The notes beneath the pieces were generated by a model. It ran no database searches. It was given only the letters and a program-made list of their open reading frames with translations, and was not told the origin of the DNA. Source: Isurus oxyrinchus (lineage: Eukaryota). Taken from it: DNA of 64,000 nucleotides. Shown one piece after another: positions 37,882 to 49,625 of the stretch (positions are counted from its first letter, which is position 1; every line of letters begins with the position of its first letter). The stretch spans positions 12,400,001 to 12,464,000 of the forward strand of contig JANJGN010000018.1 of the NCBI GenBank assembly GCA_026770705.1, written 5' to 3'. The position numbers were made by a program, and so were the translations under genes.

Positions 37882-38040
37882 AGATAAAAACAAAGAAAAC
37901 TGCGGATGCTGGAAATCCAAAACAAAAACAGAATTACCTGGAAGTTCTGTCGAAGGGTCATGAGGACTCGAAACGTCAACTCTTTTCTTCTCCGCCGATG
38001 CTGCCAGACCTGCTGAGTTTTTCCAGGTAATTCTGTTTTT
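37882..38040 (+). mobile_element. Short Penelope-like insertion (inverted arm + pseudo-LTR end)
   Basis: TSD CCTTCTGAACCTCG (37868-37881 and 38041-38054); inverted AAAAACAGAATTACCTGGAA / TTCCAGGTAATTCTGTTTTT. Confidence 0.9.
37943..37981 (+). ncRNA. Minimal type I hammerhead-ribozyme-like motif
   Basis: AGTT-CTGTCGA-A-GGGTC(ATGAG)GACTC-GAAAC-GTC-AACT: stem I AGTT/AACT, stem II, palindromic ACGT, GUC triplet. Confidence 0.65.
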
Positions 38041-40229
38041 CCTTCTGAACCTCGCTACTTCCCAGGGTTTTACCATTCATTGTGTATCCCGGGCCTTGTT
38101 TGTCCTGCCTAAGTGCATTACCTCACAACTATCCGGATTAATTTCCATTTACCACTGATTAGTCCATCTGACCAGCCCGCCTATATCCTCCTGTAATCTA
38201 AGGCTATCCTCCTTACTATTTACCAGCCCACCAATTTTCGTGTCATCCGCGAACTTACTGATCAACACTCCTACATTCAAGTCTAAATCATTTATCTGTA
38301 CCACAAACAGCAAGGGACCCAACACTGATCCCTGTGGAACCCTACTGGACACAGTCATCCAGTCACAAAAACACCCCTCGACCATCACCCTCTATTTCCT
38401 GCCACTCAGCCAATTCTGGATCCAATTTGCCAAATTGCCTTGGATCCCATGGGCTCTTACCTTCATTATCAGTCTCCCATGCGGAACCTTATCAAAAGCA
38501 TTGCTGAAGTCCAAGTAGACTACATCAAATGCATTGTCCTCATCTACACACCTGGTCACCTCTTTGAAAAATTCAATTAAATTGGTCAGACATGACCTCC
38601 CCTTAACAAAACCATGCATACTGTCATTGATTAATTCCTGTCTTTCCAAGTGTAGATTAATTCTCAGAATTGCTTCCAATAGTTTCCCTACCACTGAGGT
38701 TAGACTGACTGGCCTGTAGTTCCCTGGTTTAGCGCTTCTTGAATAACAGTACCACACTGGCTGTCCTCCAGTCCTCTGGCACCTCTCCTGTGGCCAGAGA
38801 GGTATTGAAAATTATTGCCAGTGCCCCTGCTATCTCCTCCCTTGCCTCACTCAACAGCCTGGGATACATTTCATCCGGGCCTGGAGATTCCTCTACTTTA
38901 AAGTATGCCAGACCACTTAGAACCTCCTCCCTTTCTAAGCTAATTTCTTTAATTATATCACAGTCCCTCTGCCTGATTTCCATACCCACGTCGTCCCTCT
39001 CACTTGTGAACACTGACACAAAGTATTAATTTAGAACCCTACCTACGTCTTGGGCTCCACACACAAATTACCACTATGGTCCTTAATGGGCCCTTCTCTT
39101 TCCCTAGTTATCCTCTTACTCTTAATGTACTTGTGAAATAACTTTGGATTTTCCTTTATTTTACCTGCCAATGTTTTTTCATGCCCCCTTTTTGCTCTCC
39201 TAATTTCCATTTTAAGTTCCCCCCCTACACATTCTATACTCCTCTAGGGCTTCCGCTGTTTTGAGCCCTCAGTATCTGCCATAAGCCTCCCTTTTCCTCT
39301 TTATCCAAACCTGTATATCCCTTAATATCCAGGATTCCCTGGATTTGTTGGTCCCACCCTTTGTTTTCACTGGAATATGTTGGCCCTGTACTCTCCCTAT
39401 TTCCTTCTGTTCTGACGCACTTTACCTAAAAATAGCTGCTCCCAGTCCACTCTGGCCAAATCATATCTGATCTTATTAAAATCTGCCTTCTCCCAATTTA
39501 GAACTCTGATTTCTGGCCCATCCTTGTCCTTTTCCAATAACAACCTTGAATCGCACAGAGTTATGATCACTATCTGCAAAATGCTCCCCCACTGACACCT
39601 CTACCACTTTCTGGCTTCATTCCCTAAATTTAAGTCCAGTACCGCTCCCCCCCCTCCCCCCCCCTCCCCCCCGCTCCCCTTGTAGGACTTTCTAAATACT
39701 GCCTTAAAAAGCTCTCCTGTATGCATTTTAAGAATTCCGCTCCCTCTAAACCTATCACACTATGACTTCTCTGAAATTCGCCTGCATGTCTGCTCTTCTA
39801 TTTCTCTCTGACTGTTTGGGGGCCTACAGTACACACCCAGTGATGTTTTTTAATTCTACCCATATGGCTTCATTTAAGGAGCCTTCTAAGATGTCATCCC
39901 TCCTTACTGCTGTAATTAATTCCTTGATCAATATTGCGATACTCCTTCCTGTTTTACCTCCTTCCCTGTCTTGCCTGAAGACCCTATTTCCTGGAATACT
40001 GAGCTGTCAATCCTGCCCCTCTCTCAACCATGTCTCTGTGACAGCAATGACAACATACTTCAATTTCTGTTAATTTGTGCCCTCAACTCATCTGCCTTAT
40101 TCGTCAGAATTGTTGCATTAAAATAAATACCATCCAATCTTGCCAAACTCCCTTGTGCCTTAACTGGCCTATATTTTCTATGCCTTAGAGATTCACTTGC
40201 TCTCTCTTCTAATTTTGGCTGTGCATCTC

Positions 40230-41225
40230 CCCCTGCTGAACCTTCCCTCAGGATCCCATCCCCCTGCCAAATTAGTATAAACCCTCCCCAACAGCACTAG
40301 CAAATCTCCCCACAAGGATGTTGGTCCTATTCCAGTTCAGGTGCAACTTGTCCACCTTGTACAGGTCCTATCGCTCCCAGTAACGGTCCCAACATCCCAG
40401 AAATCTAAAGCCCTCCTTCCTGCACCATCTCTCCAGCGATGCATTCATCTGGACTACCTCCTATTTCGATATTCACTGGCACATGGCACCAGAAATAATC
40501 CAGGGATTACTACCTTTGAGGTCCTGTTTTTTAATCTGTTTCCTAGCTTCCTAAATTCTGCTTGCAGGACCTCATCCCTCTTTCTGCCTATGTCGTTTTA
40601 TACCAATATGTACCACAATCTCTGTCTGTTTGCCCTCCCCCTTTAGAATGTCCTGCAGCCATTCAGTGACATCCTTGACTCTGGCACCAGGGAGGCAACA
40701 TACCATCCTGGAGTCACATCTACGGCCATAGAAACACCTATCTGTTCCCCTTTCTATCGAGTCTCCTACCCCTATTGCTCTTCCCCTCTTTTTCCTCCCC
40801 CCCCACCCCGGTGCAGCTGAGCCATTCACATGGAGCCATGAGCGTGGCTGCACTCCCCAGAGGAACTGTCGCCCTCACCGTTTTCCAACACAGAGAAACG
40901 GTTCTCGAGCAAGATGCACCCCGGGGATTTCCTGATTACCTGTCTGATACCTTTCTTCTGACTGATGGTCAGCCATTCCCTCTCTGTCTGCACTTCCATA
41001 AGCTGTGGGGTGACCATGTCTAAAAACGTGCTATCCATGAGACTCCCAATCTCGCGGATGCACCTCAGCGTCTCCAGCTGCTGCTCAAACTCCGAAACTC
41101 GGAGCTCAAGTCGCTGCAGCTGGTGGCACTTCCTGTACATGTGGTCGGTCAGAGCACAAGGAGCGTCTAGGACTTCCCACAAGTTGCAGGCTGTACATAA
41201 CAAGGTACTGAGCTGCCATGCGATG
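40230..41225 (-). pseudogene. CR1 ORF1 (zinc finger/leucine zipper + SGNH esterase), frameshifted
   Basis: CTACNLWE...KCHQLQRLELRVSEFEQQLETL; VGDSIERGTD...VCCLPGARVKDV...IVVHIG. Confidence 0.9.
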
Positions 41226-41370
41226 CCACTAGTTGAAAAAGAACCTTACTTTAAGTTAAATACAGTACAAAAAGTTAAATTATTTATGTATTTTAAATAA
41301 AAACTAGAACCCTTACCTTTCCTTAGCTTAATCTATTTTAAACTGGAGGAAAGCACTTATCCACTGCCCA

Positions 41371-41401
41371 CCAATCAGCTCTCACCTTTGTGCTGACGTC
41401 A
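41371..41401. promoter_or_regulatory. CCAAT box + CRE palindrome at the CR1 5' end (candidate internal promoter)
   Basis: CCAATCAG at 41371 and TGACGTCA at 41394-41401, at the extreme 5' end of the LINE. Confidence 0.4.
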
Positions 41402-41479
41402 CGATCTTACTAAATGGCAGAGGCTCTAGGGCCCAAATGGCCTATTCCTGTCCCTATTTCTTATGTTCTGGGTTGCGCA

Positions 41480-42014
41480 TTGCAATTTCTGTGCGTGAAA
41501 AGCACGTGGGGGCGGGAAGAGAGCGGGCGCTGATGTCACTGCGGGTGCCGGGTGAGCGCTTCCAGTGAGCTCCCTAAAGACAGAGCTGCCTCAGGGAGCC
41601 GCGGACCTCCACAGAATAAACAAAACAACAACAATGCTGCAAAGTATGTCCAAGCAGCACAATCAAGCGTCTGAAAGCATACCTCATAAAATAAACAGTA
41701 CCCAGATATCTCTTTATTTTATTTCCCCACGGAGATTTCATCCAGCGACGGATCGAGGTTTATGCAGAACTGTAAAGGCCACCTGGCCGATTGGCCGATC
41801 CACCAACCATAAAATGGGATGGGCCACGGAAAATCGTTTTCGATTGCCTCCATCATTTTCAGCGGGCAGGCTTCTGACTGTCGTGTGCACCCGCCAACCT
41901 GAAGATTGCTCGCGTGCAGGATGACGTCAGGACACTCGCCCGATGTCATCTCACGCTATGTCATGTACTTTCAGCCTGGGCGTGCGCACGCCTGCGAGGC
42001 ACAAAATTCTGCCC
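41480..42014. mobile_element. Harbinger MITE right portion
   Basis: Ends AAAATTCTGCCC, the exact inverse of GGGCAGAATTTT at 33980; related to the 13482 family. Confidence 0.72.
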
Positions 42015-42959
42015 ATTGTGTGTGTTTTTTTTTATCCCTTGTAAGTTTCTGGCCCTCCTTTGCCGAAGGCATTTGCTCCTTTCTAAAGGCATGACTTCAC
42101 AGCAGTAAACTAAATGATTAATTATAAATATGTAAGCCTTGATAAGGAGTATCGATTGGCTATTTGACTGCAGGGATCATCACATTGTAATGTCGCACAT
42201 AAGCACGTCCAGCAGATGTCACTGCGTCGTAATCAAGGGCGGGAACACTGACTGATTGCCTATCCCTGGTCTGAAAGATGCTAAGGTCAATTGTTCACCT
42301 CCAGTATTGTCCCTTCTGAGCACAGATCAAAGTCAGCATATTCCTTTCCTATATGATTCACCTATTTATTGGATAAACCCACTGAGCCATCAAATGTGAT
42401 TATAATTGGGCATTTGATGGATGGTTGCAATGATTGACTCAGCAGGTTAGAATAATTTCAACGAGGGGTTGTATCTTGTGTGGCACTTCCAGCTGTGAGA
42501 GGTGGGTGGGTCAGCCTTGGCTAAGATTAACGTTTCATTATTGCTGTAGGTTCTAATGACAGAGAAAATGCTGTATATGAGAATTGCATTAATCTCAGCC
42601 CTCAATGCACTGATTGATAGAGGGACACTACAGAGAATAGCAGACTTAGCTGTTGCCTGCTGTCAATACAACAACACATTAGCATTTTGAAGATAGGTGT
42701 CCATGCATTTTTCTTTGCTGGGGAATTTCTGTTCCAGTTGCCATGGAGTGTTGTGCTTTGTTTTCAAACTGGTTTCACCCTGCTGACTAATCTTGGTCTC
42801 ATGAATGCTGTCTACAGCATTGTGGACTCTTTCAAATCACACCCAAAACATGGAATAATGCAGAAGTGAGTTTTAATTAATACAAAGATGTTTCACTTTA
42901 CAGCACCTCCAGCTGTGTGCTTGTCTAATGCTATCTCATTACTGTCTGATGTGATTTGC

Positions 42960-43398
42960 AGAGCCGTACAGCACAGAAGGAGGCCATTCAGTCCATCGTA
43001 CCTGTGCTGACTCTTTGAAAGGGCTTTCCAATTAATCCCACCAGCCTCCTCTTCCCCAAGAGCCCTGCAAATTCTTTCCTTTTCCTGTATATACTCAATC
43101 ACCTTTTGAAGTTATTATTGAATCTGCTATTTCAGGCAGTGCATTTCAAATCATAACAATTCACTGTGTAAAAATATTCTCCTTTTATGTTCTCCTTAAG
43201 TGTTAATCCCCACTGGTGCTTTTGCCAATTACTTTACATGTCTCTCTTCTGGTTACTGACCCTCCTGACAATGGAAACAGTTTCTCCTTGAATACTCTCT
43301 CAAAAAAACCCTTAAAATTTTGAACACATCTGTTAAATCTCCTCTTAACGTTTTGTGCTCTAAGGAGAACAATCCCAGCTTTTCTAGTCTCTCTACAT
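42960..43398 (-). mobile_element. CR1 3' fragment
   Basis: ACAGCACAGAAGGAGGCCATTCAG tail; reverse of FSLEHKTLRGDL. Confidence 0.85.
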
Positions 43399-43561
43399 TG
43401 TGGTCTGAAGTACTCCAAAATACTCAAAGTATTAGCATAAGCCTTTACTCATCGCCTTCAGTACCTCACCCAAATAATTATCGCTTTGATGTAAGCCTAG
43501 ATACTGAACTGTAAGCTATTTGACCATGATGGCATCACAACTCAGAAGAAGCCTATCATCA

Positions 43562-44485
43562 TACATAAGACCGTAAGACATAGGAGCAGAAATTAGGCCA
43601 ATCAGCCCATCAAGTCTGCTCCACCATTCAACCATGGCTGATAAGTTTCTCAAACCTTCTCCCTCCTTCTCCCCATAACCTTTGATCCCCTTACCAATCA
43701 AGAACCTATCTATCTCGGTCTTAAATACACTCAATGACCTGGCCTCCATAGCCTTCTGTGGCAATGAATTCCATAGATTCACCACTCTCTGGCTAAAGAA
43801 GTTTCTCCTCATCTCTGTTCTAAAAGGTCTTCCCTTTACTTTGAGGCTGTGCCCTCGGGTCCCAGTCTCTCTTACTAATGTAAACTCTTCCCCATGTCCA
43901 CTCTATCCAGGCCTTTCAGTATTCTGTAAGTTTCAATCAGATCCCCCCTCATCCTTCTAAACACTATAGAGTATAGACCCAGAGTCCTCAAACGTTCCTC
44001 TTATGTTAAGCCTTTCATTCCTGGGATCATTCTCATGAACCTCCTCTGGACCCTTTCCAGTGCCAGCACATCCTTCCTGAGATACAGGCCCAAAATTGCT
44101 CACAATATTCTAAATGTGGTCTGACCAGAGCCTTATAAAGCCTCAGCAGCACATCCCTGCTTTTATATTCTAGTCCTCTTGAAATAAATGCCAACATTGC
44201 ATTTGCCTTCCTAACTACCGACTCAACCTGCAAGTTAACCTTAAGAGAATCCTGGACTAGGACTCCCAAGTCACTTTGCACTCCAGATTTCTGAATTCTC
44301 TCCCCACTTAGAAAATAGTCTTTGCCTCTATTCTTCCTCCCAAAGTGCATGACTTCACACTTCCCCACATTGTATTCCATCTGCCACTTTTTTGCCCATT
44401 CTCCTAACCTGTCCAAATCCTTCTGTAGTCTCCCTGCCTCCTCAATACTACCTGTCCCTCCACCTATCTTTGTATCATCTGCAAT
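43562..44485 (-). mobile_element. Relatively young 5'-truncated CR1
   Basis: ORF 44033-44416 (WQMEYNVGKCEVMHFG...LYKALVRPHLEYC); MRRNFFSQRVVNLWNSLP; TCTTATG-type tail. Confidence 0.95.
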
Positions 44486-47400
44486 CTACATCTTGATCTA
44501 CTTGATTTTTCACAAGTGTCAGTGAAAAGAGTAGCAATGGGATGATATATTTTTCGCTTTCAGCTCAAAGGCAGTGAAACTAATTGTAGTACATTACAGA
44601 TAATGATCAGCATCTGTTGAGGATCTATGACAAATTAAGTCTTTATAGCTTAATTCTATACTACCATATTTACCACTGGCCCATTGTGAACACTGCAATT
44701 TTGCATTCTGCCAATGTAATAAGTATATTACTAGAGTATAAGCCTGGGATATAAATTTAATAAGGTACAGAGAAACCCATTAGTTCTCATGATTGAGTAA
44801 TTGACTTTCAACCAGAAAGTCATAAAATGAAGACTGACTTAAAACCTATTTAAACATGTTTGGCTATACAAAAAACATTTTGAAATCTCTAATGGCACTT
44901 AATATTCTTTTAATGATCAGCACGTAAGCCATCAGGAATTAATTTCAAGGAATTGACAAAGACAGCCGAACAAATGCAAACATAAACAGATGCCTTCAAT
45001 CTTCAAACGACTTCTACAATCTTGACAATAATGAGTAGTCTGTGTGGGTTTATCATTCTATTTAGTGGAGTTGCCATATTCTCACCTCTGAGTCAGAAGG
45101 TTCAAATCCCACTCCAGAGTCAAATTGAGCCTGTGAATCAGAATCGCGTATTACATGCCATAATATAATATATAGTACATGCTGTCCATGTTATTTTCTA
45201 GTCACTCATCATTTTCTTAACAGAAAAAAGCACTCGCATTTACGTAGTGGTAAACCACTTGAACATGCAGATTATGATGTTATCTGTAGCTGTCAGTTGG
45301 ATCTGCATCCGGTGATACACTTATCTCTTATGCTGTATACAATATAGTCATAATAACTGAGATCACTTCTGCACAGTGTATCTTATATCCATGGTGAGAG
45401 TGCCACAGTACCTTCCCGATCCTTCATTAAGGCAGGACTTTATCATTATGGGCCCGGATTTGCCTTGTCTAATATAGTTGTCACTGGTTTTGACTGAATA
45501 AATCTTAACCTGTCCTGAATAAATCTTCCTTAGGCAAGGTACTCCATACCTTTTTCAATTTATGCAGTGTGATAATAAAAGCAAAAGATACCATTACTGT
45601 AATAAATCTGATCAAACAGTAAGGATCAGATTATTTAGAATAAAAGAAAAAGCATTTATGACTTTTATTTTGCTTATCCGTATTTTTAAATTCCAGGTGC
45701 CTCTTTAAATATGTTTGCAAATTAGACTTTAGTGATCACTCTTGCAATTTTTCCTCCTATAGTAGTCGAGGCTTCCCACAGCTTCATGTCAGCTGCAAGA
45801 AAACACTGAATACCAAAGCCCAGCAGAAAGGTTGATTTATCATCCCGAGTAGCTGGAACACTTTTCTAGGAATGTTGTTTTGCAAATTCTGACTTAGAGG
45901 AATGGAATAGTCAGCATTAGATAAACCAGCAAGCTCCTAGCAGGCACCCAAATCACAGAATAATAAGTACGTAGTAAGTGATAAGTATGCCTTTTTGCAA
46001 TGTGCTACAGGCCTATTTATTGAGTGCACACACCTTTAAACCATCTCCATATGAGTGTGTCAGAGCTTATGCTGAAGTGAAGACGTGTACATTGATCTGC
46101 ACCAGAATTTAGACTTCAAGGTAATCAAAAGTGACATGCCATTCAAAACATGTTATGTTCATTAGGTCACCTATTCAGTGAATGATAGGAGGAGGGGAAG
46201 ATATATTCTGTACCCTTGTTAAGTGTTCCTACAGCTGTATGCAAGATTATTTTGTTTATAAGAGGTTTATTCTTTCAGTTTGGTCAAATGTTTCTATGAG
46301 CCAGTGACGTGCCCATTTCCTTTGGGCGTCTACACCTTAGTAAGCCAACACATCTTGGGTTTTTAAAATGACATTGGCTTCATGTTGACCTAAAATTGTT
46401 CATTGCGTCTTGAGTACAAGGTTCCTAAATTGAATATATACAAATGGTGCGAGTGCATTTTTGGGATATATTATTGTACTACTTCAGCTTTGCACTGATT
46501 ACATAAGCAGAACATAGGCAGAAAAGGGCGAGAAAAGTCCACTTACTGTGACAGTATAATTTCACATACTTGTTGTTCATTACTGTTATGGACTTGATTT
46601 TTCAGACAGGTTTCACATTAGAAACATTGAACTTTATTTATAGGCTGTAGCAGCAGTTACATGCTTCTATCAAGCTCCACGACTAGAAAAAGAACTCCCA
46701 CGCTAAGGTTTTCCGGGCTTGGAGCTGATTTGTTCACACTGTCATGTGATACTATACAACTCAATAAGTCTTAAAGCTGCAGTCACTACATTCCTTAAAA
46801 CTACAATTACTACAACTACCTGGTTGTGCCGTCCCTTGAAATAGGCAAAAGAAAAGAATAAAAATAGCCGACCAATTTATGAAAATCTCAGGAAAATTCC
46901 TTTCCAACATTTTAAGGTAAAGAAATAAACTCCAGTAGCTGTGGTTGCCCAGATGCATCACATTTACAGCGACCAACTACTTTCTCTCTAAAATTGGAAA
47001 GGTCCCTCTTGCCAAGACTTTGATAAGTTCCCTTTTAATGGACTGTGCAACTCTGTGCACACCACATGTTGTCTTTGCAGTTTGTTCTTTTAGGGAAAAA
47101 AATTATGGCAAAGGAATGTTTTCTGACATCCAACTATACTGTTTTTAGAACCTCTAGTCCTATTGTCCCTTTCCATTTCAAAGAAACCACTGATTGAACT
47201 TTATACAATCATCTTAAAAGCTTCAAATCATATCTCTTCAACTATAAGTCTACACAAAGCCCAAAGTAAATCTCTCATTAGGAGGATCCTATCCACCATC
47301 TCCCTAAACACTCTCTGATAAATGTCAGCAGGTCCAACAGAGCCAGCTGTTCCATTGACCATTCTTTAATAACGAGATTTAACCTTCATTTGGACATCAA

Positions 47401-47504
47401 TATGCTTCCAAACAGATCTGATCACCCCAGAGCAGAATTTGGTGCAGAACCAGCATTGTAAGTTAGCCCTGACAGCTTGCCATCGCTGTAAAAAGCACCT
47501 GTCT

Positions 47505-47670
47505 CTGCTTTCAGAACTGGAGTCACATACAGGCCGGACTAGGTAAGGAAAGGGCATTAAGTGACCAGTTTGGTTTTCACTACCATCTGACAGTTTCATG
47601 GTCACTGCTATTGATAGCAGCATAAAGGGCAGATTTTCAAACTGTCATGGTGGGGTTTGAACTTGTGTTT
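47505..47670 (-). mobile_element. Meta-like SINE fragment
   Basis: CTGGAGTCACATACAGGCCGGACTAGGTAAGG...GGTTTGAAC. Confidence 0.7.
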
Positions 47671-48209
47671 GAGATGGCAAGAAGGGATGGAAATATGCGG
47701 TTGGCAATGCCTGTGCGACCTACTTGTGGATTGCTAGGGCAGAAGGTATTCCTCAGGCACCAGTAGGCAGTATGAGCTGGGATTGGCTACTTATTGTCAA
47801 AGGGACCAGTCAAAGAAGTAGCATGGAGATACCTACTCCCTGGGTTGTGTGCATGGACAAAGCAGTGGGGAGAGGAAGGAGGAAATTCTGCTTATATGCT
47901 CCTGCCCTGGAATTGGAGGGAAAATGCCTCCCTGTCTCTCCCAGCTACAACTGCTTCCTGGACACTGAGCTGCAGAAAGGGCAGTGAGAAGAGGAAGGAG
48001 TGTCACCAGTGGATATTCCATCAGTCTGTTCCTTACAGTAAAGAAACTTAGTCTTTAATATAATGGGACTGGTTGCAACAAAAATCTTGGAAAGACTGCA
48101 CTGCTTAAAAAAGCAGCGAGACACCTGTGCTGACTCTTAGGAGGAAGGCCTGCCACATCTTCTGTTCATCACTGGACAGCAGTAGCAGTGGGCCTTCCAC
48201 CCAAATGGG

Positions 48210-48829
48210 GAGCCTGAAATAAGATGTACCGCCCACCAAGAACCGCCAGCCAATTAGAGGCAGCTGCCAGCCAACTAGACGAGGACATTACTGTTGCCAG
48301 AACAACACCCACCACCCCAAACCCCCTGCCTCCTGAGCCCCAGGATTGCAGAAAAAAGCGCTCTGGGCAGGAGGGGAGTTTGGGGGGGGTGGGTGCGGGG
48401 AGGTGCAGAGGGAGAGGGGGGAAATGAAGATCATCAGCAAGGGCAGGGGTTGGCTGTCAGCGGCCACCGCCCCTACCCCATGTCCATGCCCTTGATCATA
48501 CACAGGTTAGTTCAAATGGAGGGAGCCCCCTCCTCCAGCTGACATGCAGCTCATCCAGTTTAACCAGCTGTGCAAGCTGCATGTCAACAGGCCTGCCTGG
48601 AGCTGGGAGGATTGCAGCAGAGTTGGGAATAGGCACATAAGTGGTCATTAATTGGCCACTTAAGGTATTCAAGTGGAGCTGGGGCAGCAAGGCCAACCAT
48701 GGGCCTTCCCAGAACTTAGTTCCAGTGGAGGTGGGAAGACCTCGGGCATTGGTCCCGATGCCAACCCACCAAATTTTCAGGCCCTCCTGTCACCTTCCTC
48801 ACCTCATATGGGATCAGAGGATTCTGCCC
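48210..48829. mobile_element. Harbinger-type MITE (right TIR clear, left end unclear)
   Basis: Ends GGATTCTGCCC; TTAATTGGCCACTTAAG block seen in related GC-rich elements. Confidence 0.55.
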
Positions 48830-48854
48830 ATAATATATAAATAAATAATATACT

Positions 48855-49625
48855 AGCCCAGCTTTTCTGGTCTCTGGATCATCAGAGACCTATGACTAAA
48901 GGTGCGCGTTGGGTCCCTGAGGAAGTTCTGATGCATTCACTCAGTGGAAATTACCTGGGAAGTTTCAACCTCTGATGGGCTAATTCCCCTGTGCCCCGGG
49001 ACCCTCCATGACTGTCTCCGACTCTGAGTTAAGAGTCAGAGACTTCAGACAGTGCCATGGGACTTACCCAGGAAATATTAGACAGATTAAAACATGGTCT
49101 AACCCCTGGGTAACGACAGAACTAATCCCCATAGTACTCATACTGACCCCCCCCCACACAGCTATCCAGCTGCCCGACCTGACTACTCCTCCCAACCTGA
49201 CCACCGCCCAACTACCCCCCCCCCCGCCCAATCCAACCTGACCAGCCCCCAACCTGACTACCCCAACCCACCTACCCACCTCAGCAATCTGTCATCCTGT
49301 CCACCCTCCACCTCACACACCTGCCACCTTACCCACTTGCCACACCCCCTGACCCATTCACTCATTCATCCATTCACAAACATTCACATTGGACTTTAAA
49401 CTTACCATGCGGCAGCTAGTGTCATAAAAAAAGGGGGCGTGTCTTGTATTCGCCCCAATTCTACAGCATTGTGAAGCAGCTCTCCGAGGGATGATGCGCT
49501 CCGCATTTCTGGAGAAGCTGGAATGAGAAGAACTAGCAAGAAATGTGGACCAGCATTGAGATATGGAAATGCTTGAGCAAACCAGCAATCTGATGACAAT
49601 TGCCGCTCCATGGAAGGTCTGGGCC
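48855..49625. mobile_element. Non-autonomous Harbinger-like element
   Basis: Ends AGCCCAGCTTTTC / GGAAGGTCTGGGCC; flanks ACT and ATT. Confidence 0.55.

Larger units (their letters stand above)
37330..40100 (-). pseudogene. CR1 ORF2 (endonuclease-reverse transcriptase), frameshifted
   Basis: SPGPDEMYPRLL, VPEDWRTA, PGNYRPVSLTSVVGKLLE, DFSNAFDKVPH, VPQGSVLGPLLF, KFADDTK, LYKTLVRPQLEY. Confidence 0.92.
37194..41402 (-). mobile_element. Near full-length CR1 LINE (ORF1 + ORF2, both disrupted)
   Basis: ORF1 and ORF2 motifs in the correct order; 6-bp TSD CTGGGT at 37188-37193 and 41468-41473. Confidence 0.95.

Noticed and set aside
46761-46976. Cys-rich ORF (CSNCSFKECSDCS) as a zinc finger
   Set aside because: Arises from low-complexity TGTAGT repeats; no recognisable domain or gene context.
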